Shown: positions 10,063 through 19,127 of the stretch, in pieces | Numbering within the stretch: the first letter of the stretch is position 1 | How the letters are laid out: each line of letters opens with the position of its first letter | Assembly (NCBI GenBank): GCA_043228905.1 | Contig: JBHGNT010000616.1 | Coordinates: 1 to 19,127, forward strand | Reading direction: 5' to 3' | DNA from: Azolla caroliniana | Lineage: Eukaryota; Plantae; Polypodiophyta | DNA: 19,127 bases | Translations under genes and position numbers: made by a program | The notes under the pieces: model-generated | Told to the model about the DNA's origin: nothing | Seen by the model: the letters and a program-made list of their open reading frames with translations, nothing else | Database searches by the model: none

Positions 10063-11130
10063 TTTACAGGAAAACAAAGTTTCCTAGGATATCGTGAAAA
10101 ATATTCAAATTTCTTAAATTCTTCAGAAACGTCTTTGATTTTCTTCAAATTCCCTTCAAATTCTTCAGGAATCTTTGATATACTCAGCTTTTCTTCATAA
10201 AATACTTTGATTTTTCTTCAGAATCCGACCGAATGTTTTGGGGAATCTAAAAGATTATTCGAATTCTTTAGAAATTTCTTCGAGTTTCTTCTAGCTCCTT
10301 ATACTTCCTGCAAACTGCTTGGGACCGGAAAAATATATTCGATTATTTTCAGAGTTCTATGGGTTGCTTTGAATTCTGCAGATTCTTTTGAAAGACCTGT
10401 ATAAACAATCACAGAATTCTGCGAGAAATCTCAAGCTTTGCGGAAAAGTAATCTAAATCTAAGGAAGGAGCTGTTCCCAACGGTGCGGGAATGCTTTCCC
10501 AACTCTTATCTTCTGACCCAGAAGAAAAAGCGTTGATGATCCGGCAATGATAGGAAACCTATCTAGTTTTCTGTATGAAGTGGAGAAGAAGAAAAAGAAG
10601 ACGATAACTAAAGCAGAAAACAAATGTTGTTGGATTGCTGCGAGAATTTCCGAGCGGTGCAGAAATTTCCTCCAATTTTGAGAAGGGAATTGCTCCGGTG
10701 CTGCAGGAATCGTCCGAAAATTCTACTTCCGACACAGGACACAGAGGAGGAGGAGGAGGAGGAAGAAGAAGCTTTGGGGATCCAGCAAAGGTAAGAAACC
10801 TCTACAGTGTTTTGTATGAAGAAGAAGAGGAAAATTATGAAGAAGAAGAAGAAGAGAACAATCAGAGAATCAATGAATCAGACAGACAGACAGAGAGACA
10901 GAGAGAGAGAGAGAGGAATTATTGGGGTATGGTGAGAAAGGAGCTTTCTGATTGATCTTCTCTGTTTCTTCTCTCTGTCTTTGTCTCTGTTCCTTTGGAG
11001 GTTTGTCCATCGTATGTATGTCTTTGGACGGCCCGGATCGCTTGGGTTTCCAGATCCTCGTTTCTGCGCCGTGGGATTCGTAGATATTTTCTTCGTTCTT
11101 GGTGGGGGCTGTGGAATGGATGGATGGATG

Positions 11131-11160
11131 TGTCTAGGACCTTCTGGAAGCATCCGGAAG
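11131..11160. promoter_or_regulatory. Heat-shock-element-like array upstream of the DnaJ gene
   Basis: Phased pentamers gtc-ta-GGA-cc-TTC-tg-GAA-gc-aTC-cg-GAA (alternating nTTCn/nGAAn), about 1.08 kb upstream of the DnaJ ATG. Confidence 0.5.
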
Positions 11161-11271
11161 ATATTTTCTCTCTTTAGAGAGAGAGTCTGAGAGAGAGACA
11201 CACACACACAATCTCATCTTCGTCTTCATCTTCATATTCATCTCGAATCAATCATAATATCGCTTTGCGTC

Positions 11272-11289
11272 CACACACACACACACACA

Positions 11290-11336
<47 letters not shown>
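11272..11336. repeat. Compound microsatellite (CA)10(CT)22
   Basis: Directly visible. Smaller GA/CA runs lie at about 10880-10915 and 11177-11210. Confidence 0.95.
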
Positions 11337-11339
<3 letters not shown>

Positions 11340-11917
11340 TGTTGGCGTTCGTTCTATCGCCCCCGCGCTACTCGAGTTTTGTTACCTCCGGGCTTTTTTT
11401 ATTGCCATCCCTCACATGGCCTTCGTTCACCCGCATCATCGGATCTTATTTCCGCACCCCTAATGCCCGTCGAATCACGCCCGTGAGCAATGACCACACT
11501 CGGGCCCATCGAACTTGCCAGGAGACTCGCAGGAGCCAGTGTGGGTTGTGGGCTTCCTTCCCCATCCGGACTGCTCTACTTTGCTCGAGCCCTTTTCCAC
11601 TTCCCCCATGCCGTGCGATCGATTGGCTTTTTTCTTGTGCAAGAACATATTAGCAAGAAATTATGACAAAAGTGCCAACTAATGCGTAAGAACCCATTCC
11701 TAGGTTGGGATAAGTTTTGTCGCCTTCGATAACGTTTCCAGCCCATGGACTTGATTTCTTTTTGGTCCTAGCGCATGATGACACACAACTTTTCTCTTTT
11801 CGTTTTTTACCAAACTCCAGAATCACTCATCCTGCACTTTGTTTTCTCTACCAATCTCCTCGCGCACACTATATCGAGATAGTATTTAAATACCCGGTAT
11901 GAAATATTTAACTGATT

Positions 11918-12100
11918 GTCTATTGACGATTCGAGGAGCGCACATATGAAAGACTCTCGAGGATATTAATGTTTAGTATTTGATTTTCTGACTCACCTTT
12001 GTGGAAATAGTCTATTGACGATTCCAGGAGCGCACATATGAAAGACTCTCGAGGATATTAATGTTTAGTATTTGATTTTCTGACTCACCTTTGTGGAAAT
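11918..12100. repeat. Tandem direct duplication, 2 x 91 bp (period 92)
   Basis: 11918-12008 and 12010-12100 are identical except G11933 vs C12025. Confidence 0.97.
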
Positions 12101-13198
12101 TTGGCTCTCCCCTTCTACATATGACTTTTAAGTATGCATATTTTGTTTCCAAATCTTCAACATACACACAATTTCAATGTGCACACTTACACTTTCACAC
12201 ATGACACTATCAAAAGACGTGTATGGCTATTAAAGGGTGACAACAACCCTTAACAAAGACTAACCTCCTTGAGAATTTAACAAAAACCCATGATCAAAAT
12301 TGTTACAAAAGCTAAAATGCATGGTCTCTCTAATACCCATGGCTCTTGTATGAGAGATTCACCCTAAGGCATGCTCGACAAGAACTCCTATGTAATTAAC
12401 GCGAGATTATGTTGTTTATTGCATTTTCCCACCATTCCAACATGGTATTCATCCTCAAGTATCCATGTGACACTTTACCATGATTAGGGCAACATACTTT
12501 ACTATGCATAATTGTTCGCATAATGCTCACTATGAGCAAATTCATGCCTTTTTTCTAGACTATTTTATGTTATTGTTTAAATGTAGCAACACATGCAATT
12601 ATTGAATGTTTAGAAGTTTATCAATCTAATGTATATAATGCATTTGATTATGTTAATTAAATGTGTATACGCACCTCCTACTTTATCATGTAATCTCTTA
12701 TTTATACCTTCAATACGATCAAAATTTCATTCTATAAAAATCGATGATGTTAAGATATAAGATACCTTAGGCCTCTCCTACATCCATATAAACTTGAAGC
12801 ATTGTTGAGACGCTCATGGATGTTGTCACTCATAGTTGGAGAGAGTTTGGACTTCATATGTACACTACACTTTTTGTAAATTGGCTTGTGTTCACATTAT
12901 ATACTTACAAGTTACACTCATTGAGCATGTGCCTTTCACCTTTCTAGAATGTAAGTGAGGTGGGTCACTTCCACAATAATATAGGTATGGTAAGTGAGGT
13001 GGCTCAATTCATGTTAAATGCAAACTTTTAATAGTTTCGAGATTGAGCACGTTTTGCTTCAATTAATTATGAATATTGAAACCAATATAACATTGATCAA
13101 AAACCAAGATTTTGGTCCTAATATAGCATGATTAAGATATAAGCTTTTGAGTTCACATAATAGGACAAAAATAGTGAAGAAAGTTGTTTAGATGACGT

Positions 13199-13244
13199 GA
13201 AGTAACTCAATAGTTATAAGGGAAGTAACTCAATAGTTATAAGG
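13199..13244. repeat. Perfect tandem duplication, 2 x 23 bp
   Basis: GAAGTAACTCAATAGTTATAAGG at 13199-13221 and 13222-13244. Confidence 0.95.
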
Positions 13245-15277
13245 GTGGCAAAAAGGATTGAAACAACTAGCCTAGGAAGATAGGTAGCAAATTGATGGAG
13301 TATACAAGTTTGTTTACAAATTACCTTTCAAACATACATGATAGTAAGGAAGCAAATAAGTGAAATGACATGCCCAAAAATGTTATTCAACAGGGTAGTA
13401 CAAATTAGATCATAGGATTGAAACGTACCTTTAAAACACGGGATCATTTTGAAATACGTACGGTAGTTGGTACATAGTGGGTTGAAATATAGTAGTCTTC
13501 AAAGTCAAAAACATGTAAAGACTTCAAACTTGTTATTCTAGGATTTAGGTGTTGAGCTATATAAAGGACACTAGGTACCCACTACATTATGCGATCTTAG
13601 AACACTATTGAGACTATTGGTGTGGCTAATCTCTCTTCAAAGATCCGTTTCATTGGCAAAGTTACCATCAATGAAATTCCTCAAAAAAAAAAGAATACAA
13701 TGCTGCATAGGCCTATCCTAAATTGCTCAAACAATGACATGATTTCCATAAGACTATGAAACATGCTTTAAATGTTACCCCACCAAGGATCTATAACGGT
13801 TTCATAAAATGCCTAACTAGGTAATAGTGACTCAATAATGTGGAAAAAGGAATCTTTGAAATCAAAATGAAGATGCATAAAGCACCAGGCTATGTAGAAC
13901 CATTTTCTTAGATTTCTTCAATGGATGAAGGGACGTGCTATAACATTATGCAAAGAATATCACAACTATGTATGGTGACCTTACCTTACCTTTCCTGATT
14001 GTATGCATGCTTTTTAACGGACCTTCATTTGAAAGAAGCTAAAGGTGTGACTTTAGAATGTAACTCGTAAACATCCTCATTATTATGATAACATGCTCTT
14101 GCACCTACAAAGTTTATACCAATGTCCATATCTCTTTCTCTTTTCTTAGAATCATATGCCAGGGCCAACCTGTAGGACATTTGATTATTGTTCACATCTA
14201 ACAATGAACCTTACAAGGGGGTCAAAGATGAAGGGGCAAGGAACAGAATAAAGTTGTATAGAGAAGCCTCTGCTAAATAGTTAGGTGGTTCTCTTCGTGC
14301 AAACTCTGATTTACATGCCTGAACCATGTCTCATTTACAAAACCCTCTTTTTTGATGTACCACCTCTTATTTTGTTCCTAAGCTTTTTACACGTTTGTAT
14401 CAAAGTGCAGCATACACTTTGACCAAATATGAGACCAAAGCTCATCCCTGTATTCTTTTGAGAGACACAAAGTTATGATCAAACGACTTTGGATACTAAG
14501 AAAGATACATGATTTTTAAAAGGCACAAGAGATTCCCCAATGCATGCAGATTTGTACAACTTCACATTGCCAATTGGACGAATATGTGCAGTAGATTTTA
14601 TTGTAGATTCCCATTGTAAATTCCATCCAAAACAAAGTGACTGGTTGACTGAGGCCCAATGAGAAAGAAACTTATAAATCAATGAACAAAATAAGAATTA
14701 CAAAAATAGACAAAACCTAAACAAGGAAATTAAAAAAGGGAAGTTTGTGGAGCTCATACCATTATAGATGGGTCTCATTCAATGAATATTGAAGACCTAT
14801 CAATGCTTGATATCAGTTGAAATCCAATTGACATTGATGAACTACAAGATAGAGCCCAAATCCATAAATATTGCTCAACTATATGATAAGAGTTTGAATT
14901 CAAAATACCTTTGATGAACTATTTGTCAAACTTCCCCATCATGGGTTACTGAGTACATGTTTTGTGCCCCTTGCTTTTGACATGCAAATTTACCTTAAAT
15001 GTCTCAAATATCTTATGCCATATATTTTGTCCTTTTGGGCTGGCAATTGACCTTAGATCTCCCCTTCTTTTGGATAGGCAATTTACCTTCCAGGAAAAAA
15101 ATAACTTAGCTTAGTCCATCTTTGAGCCACAATCTGTTCAGTCATCTCCTCTGCACTCTCTCATCGACAAGTACAAAAGTACAGACGAAAATATAGCAAT
15201 TTTCGCATTCATGCAAGATAAAAAAAATATCCAAGGATTTTTCTAAACAATACATAGGTTGTGTCAAAAAAGTCTCC

Positions 15278-15544
15278 TCATTTGGAACCCAGGGCAAAAG
15301 AAAGTTTCGGACGAGCATTCTTCTTCCCGAGGATTTTCATTTGCTCTGCTCGTTGTTGCTCTTCTTCGATTTTCTTCTTTCGCAACGCTTCTTCTTTCTG
15401 TTGTTGCAACCTCTCGAGTTCACGATATCGCTCTTCCTCCTTCCTTGCCTGCTCTTCGGCAGCCCTCTTTATGGCTTCTTCAGCCTTCCTCTCGTTCTCT
15501 TCCCGGATTTTCTGCAGCTGCTCCTCTTGTCGACGAGCTGCTTC
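15278..15544 (-). CDS. ARGLU1: Arginine/glutamate-rich protein 1 (ARGLU1), last coding exon
   Basis: CAG acceptor at 15547-15545. Encodes EAARRQEEQLQKIREENERKAEEA...EQMKILGKKNARPKLSFALGSK*. The 'EQ..ILGK...RPKLSF.L' C-terminus is the ARGLU1 signature. Confidence 0.95.
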   Translation of the reverse strand, partial: EAARRQEEQLQKIREENERKAEEAIKRAAEEQARKEEERYRELERLQQQKEEALRKKKIEEEQQRAEQMKILGKKNARPKLSFALGSK

Positions 15545-15750
15545 CTGAGGTATAAAAAAAATAGCATGAAGCAATAACTATCAGAAACAAAAAATAATAT
15601 CAAAGCTACAATGGGTAGTTTGGCGTAGTGCTTTGGGCACTTGCCTCTAAGCCATGGGGCAAGTTTCACTCTCCCCTTCCCAACAAACCCCTGCCCGAGT
15701 TGTATATAGCAATTGGCTGCCAGTTAAGTGAAAAATAAATAGATCTAATA

Positions 15751-16010
15751 TCACACACAGGTGCCTATGTATATATGTTGTGAGTATGCATATGTGTACA
15801 CATCTATATGTGTGTGTTGCATCTACATATACATATGTGTGTATATGGTGTATATGTACACACATGTGTGCAGAAATATGTGCGTCTGTATGCATCTATA
15901 TAGGTATAGGTATACGCATACACCACCATGTATATATAGGAGCATATTAAAATAAATAATTATAAAGTATATATGTACATTTATATGTCTATATATTCAT
16001 ATATGTATAC
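15751..16010. repeat. Degenerate alternating purine-pyrimidine (TA/TG/CA) low-complexity tract in the ARGLU1 last intron
   Basis: About 260 bp of mixed TATG/TGTG/CATA/CACA dinucleotides. Confidence 0.85.
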
Positions 16011-16034
16011 AATATAGCTATTGGTATAACTTAC

Positions 16035-16254
16035 CTCCTTTCTTTGAGATTCTAAGGCAGCTTCTTCCCTCTCCTTCTCCATCTGAGCTAAAACATCTTC
16101 TGATACCTTTTTCCGACCCTCTTGCAATCTTCTCTCCACCTCTTTCCGCAACTCTTCAGAATCAAGAGCCTCTTGGACCAGCTTCTCGATAGCCGATTCT
16201 ATCCTTTTCGATGCTTCTTCTTCAATCAGCTTTAACTCCGCCTCATGTTGTCGC
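16035..16254 (-). CDS. ARGLU1: ARGLU1, middle coding exon
   Basis: CAG acceptor at 16257-16255, GTAAGT donor at 16034. Encodes (R)RQHEAELKLIEEEASKRIESAIEKLVQEAL...EEAALESQRKE, matching the ARGLU 'RQ.E.E.KLIEEE...R.E' domain start. Confidence 0.95.
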
Positions 16255-18326
16255 CTGCGCATACAGTGAGGCTAGTGATCAAATACTGATAATCGAGGCA
16301 CACAAACAAACTTCTTCCTTACACACAACAGTTGCCATTTCATGTCGCCTGACAGCCACCTTGTGCGACTTGAAAGCAATTCCAGATAAAGTATAAGTAC
16401 CTCCTTTTGCCCAAAACAAAAAGGTGACCTTATCTCCTATCACCTGGGTATGCGACCTGACCTGTCTTCAAGATATTCAATATCAAACAAGATGTTCTTG
16501 TTAGGGCCTCTTTAAAAACAAGGCTAGACTTTTCTTGAATGGGACTTAACCTCAAGGCTCAACCCATGTACAAATTGATTGGCTTGATAGAATCGTTAAT
16601 TAGAAAACAAACCTCAGGTGGTGATTATGTTAAGTCAATGGGTTTGATTGATCTATTGGAATGAGAAAGTGGATACAACGTGGCTTCGATTATATCATTC
16701 CTTTCAGAACAGAAAACTCTAAATTCTTCATGCATTTGACTCGATGGGGGTGTTTCTTTCTAGCTCTCTTCCAGGTGTTATGGAAAGACTACACCAGTGG
16801 ATCCCTGACTGATATCTCAAGATAAATATCTAAGGCAGAGTATTATTGGGCCCCTGAGCTTTTGTAATAGCAACAAACTCTATGCCAATCATATACGCCA
16901 CAGAAATTTCTCTCTAATAGAGGAAGCCTCTAGCTATAAATTTTTTATATCCATCATGTGTCTCCATAGTATATAAGCATATAAATCTTCAGTAGATAAA
17001 GAGTTTGAGTTTCAAAGAGAGGGACAACATGAGCAAATCAAATTACCGCATGTACATGCACCAAGGTAAGTAAAAAATGATCAACTCCTAGTGTTATAAA
17101 CAGGAGACCATTTACCTAACTATAAAAAGGAAAAATATTTAACCGCCAGGTCTTAAATGATAAACTACAGTAAGAAATGATACTTATCATAGAAACACAA
17201 AATACAAATATTAGTTAGGGGACAAAAAGAAGGGTCCACGCAGGATTTTGTACATTAAAATCCCAATATCAATATTAATTTGTTTTTTGATACAACATAT
17301 GTTAGATATCCCTTGCAACGATTCGAAACTAAGATAAAATAGCCTGCAGCTGCACAAGATAACAGTGAAGTCTCACTGATGGTTTCTGTGAACTACCTAC
17401 TTGAATTTGTACATTTATATTATTCTCCTAATACTTGTATTATTACAGCATCTCGTTACCACACATCCCACACTTCTAGATGTATCATGCCATACATGAT
17501 CAGAATATGCACAGCATGAACTAGTGATACATCCATCTTCCTTCTGAGAAACCTTGGTAACTTCAATTAATTTAATCTAATTGCTATTGTATGACTCTTT
17601 CTTGCAAGAAAAAAAAATATTTCAGTTCAAGAAATCATAACAATGACTCACACCTTAGGAGAGCCCAACCTCAAAAGATTTGAATGCCAACTGAGGGAAC
17701 TTTGCATGGTCCATACCTTCTTAACATCCTCTTAAGATTTCTTTCAACTCATCACAATACTAAAACTTAATTTAGAATCAAAATCATGTGTTTGCAAAAG
17801 CTAATCAAATGAGAATTTTATCCTCTATCCATAGTTATATTCAAAATGTGATGACAAAGGCCTTATTCAAAGATCCGAAAAAGTTACAAAACATCGAACA
17901 CAAAAAAGTAGAGAACTTAAATTCTGGAGATTCTGTAGTAAAACTCCAATCTCATCATCAAATAGCCATAGAACTACGCTAGAACGACCATAACACGTTC
18001 CCTAATTAAACAATACATTCCTTCACATTCTCCTTTACATCACATGCCAACCAATGACCTTGAAACAATAAGAAGTTAGTTTCACAGGATTTCCACTTTT
18101 AAAAAGCTTATCATCTCTACAGCATTCTTCAGAAAAAAGTGCGCTCTTCAAGTTATTCTCTACATAAAACCTCAAAGAACAGCCCTTCATAAAAGGCAAA
18201 GGAAGTTTCACAAAGAAAAACTTTTTTACATATTCCATAATCTCTTATCCATTTTACAACACATTGGTAAGTTATTCAATAAAAAAAAACAGAAAAGAAA
18301 GCCGAAGACCATGTTTTGTATCAAAC

Positions 18327-18487
18327 CTGGTTATAGAAGCAAGAGATGATGGACTCTCACAATCTCGATGGCTCTTGTTCTTGTTATTTGTGGGGGGTGA
18401 AGGCTCTCGAGATCGTCTTCTCTTGCTCTTCCTAGATGGAGATCTTGATCTTGACCTTGACTTTGACTTTGATCTTGTTCTACCCAT
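18327..18487 (-). CDS. ARGLU1: ARGLU1, first coding exon (RS-rich N-terminus)
   Basis: aaaATGG start at 18487. Encodes MGRTRSKSKSRSRSRSPSRKSKRRRSREPSP...ASIT. The CAG|GTTTGA donor at 18326 is phase 2 and compatible with the acceptor at 16255. An extra small exon in the 2-kb intron cannot be excluded. Confidence 0.85.
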
Positions 18488-18556
18488 TTTTCCCAGGTCA
18501 ATTTAAAAAGCTATGTTCCTTTGTGTGATTCTTGAAGAAGATTTAAAAAGGAAGTT

Positions 18557-18843
18557 CTGCAAAAGGCAAATCAAGTAAGCCCAATTCCATGGCATTGGCA
18601 TTCTAATATCAAATCTTTAATAAATCTCACATTCTAGAAAAAATAAAAAGAGGAAAAAGAAAAAAATCTCGAATACCTAACCTTGAAAAGAAATTTTCCA
18701 TTTTTGAAGATATTTTTTCCGCCATGACTACATATCATCCATAATAGCACAATAAAAGACCCACCTTCTTTTTTGTCCAGAAAAAAGAGACCCAAATGCT
18801 CTATTTTCTCTCTTCTGCTAAAAAGATTGACCAAAAGCATTAC
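18557..18843 (-). other. Probable 5'UTR intron of ARGLU1
   Basis: CAG|GTAATG donor at 18843, U-rich body, and a ttgccttttgCAG acceptor at 18559-18557, about 70 nt upstream of the ATG. Confidence 0.65.
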
Positions 18844-19127
18844 CTGATAATATGGACATGGATTCCTCCCAAAATGAAAGAGTTTGCTTGCTTTTCCTTG
18901 TGCTTTTTCTTTCACCTTTGAAACTTTCTCTCTTTCACTCACTCTGTCTCAATCTCTATCTCTCTCTATCTCGACGTCACGGCGATGGAGGGGGTGATGG
19001 GTTTCAATGCGCCGAGCAGGTTTTGCCGGGAGAAGATCAGAGCAGGGGACGACAGGGACACCGAGCTCTACTATAGTAGTATGTATTGGGGTGAATGAGC
19101 CAAATCCAGTAAAAAGCTTAAGGAAGT

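Noticed and set aside
10635-11653. Several 60-109 aa ORFs on both strands (poly-G/E, LSLSLS, THTH)
   Set aside because: They are translations of microsatellites and GC-richer promoter/leader DNA, mostly with non-ATG starts.
12951-13010. Repeated GTAAGTGAGGTGG (12951 and 12990)
   Set aside because: This is a short local duplication with no associated exon or ORF evident.
11918-13244. Direct repeats as a CRISPR-like array
   Set aside because: They are only two-copy head-to-tail duplications with no spacers, no cas genes and a eukaryotic context.
14415-14447. DELWSHIWSK peptide on - resembling the end of an F-box motif
   Set aside because: It is too short, there is no upstream LP.E/D F-box core, and the frame closes soon after.
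15259-15955. Plus-strand ORFs over ARGLU1 and His/Ile/Tyr/Cys-rich ORFs in its intron
   Set aside because: They are antisense shadows and translations of the TA/TG/CA repeat.
99-18487. Functional gene cluster (WEB + Trx + DnaJ + ARGLU1)
   Set aside because: These are unrelated families in mixed orientation. Nothing in the sequence supports co-regulation or a shared pathway.
18634-19076. 102-aa (-) and 74-aa (+) ORFs at the window end
   Set aside because: They overlap the ARGLU1 leader exon, intron and promoter. The minus ORF has a GTG start and runs through the probable intron, and neither has a domain signature.

Overview
AT-rich, intron-containing land-plant nuclear DNA. It holds four protein-coding genes whose exons I assembled by hand from GT-AG junctions and frame continuity. 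(1) The large last exon of a WEB-family (WEB1/PMI2-like) coiled-coil gene on + (99-1841, 5' end outside the window). (2) A 3-exon, 150-aa thioredoxin-h/CXXS-like gene on + (4252-5319) with a monocysteinic WCGPA active site. (3) A 5-exon, 214-aa class III J-domain gene on - (10062-7313), with a long AUG-depleted leader and an upstream heat-shock-element-like array. (4) An ARGLU1 orthologue on - (18487-15278, 215 aa, 3 coding exons plus a probable 5'UTR intron). I found no prokaryote-style system, CRISPR array, rRNA or tRNA. The most interesting lead is a set of possible unproductive-splicing elements around ARGLU1: a cluster of 5'-splice-site-like motifs, a duplicated acceptor, a candidate poison exon, a triplicated donor-like motif in the 3'UTR, and a uORF spanning the leader intron. 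These could be a plant counterpart of the homeostatic splicing control known for vertebrate ARGLU1. This is inference and needs RNA-seq and conservation checks. Family assignments come from motif recall, not database searches.
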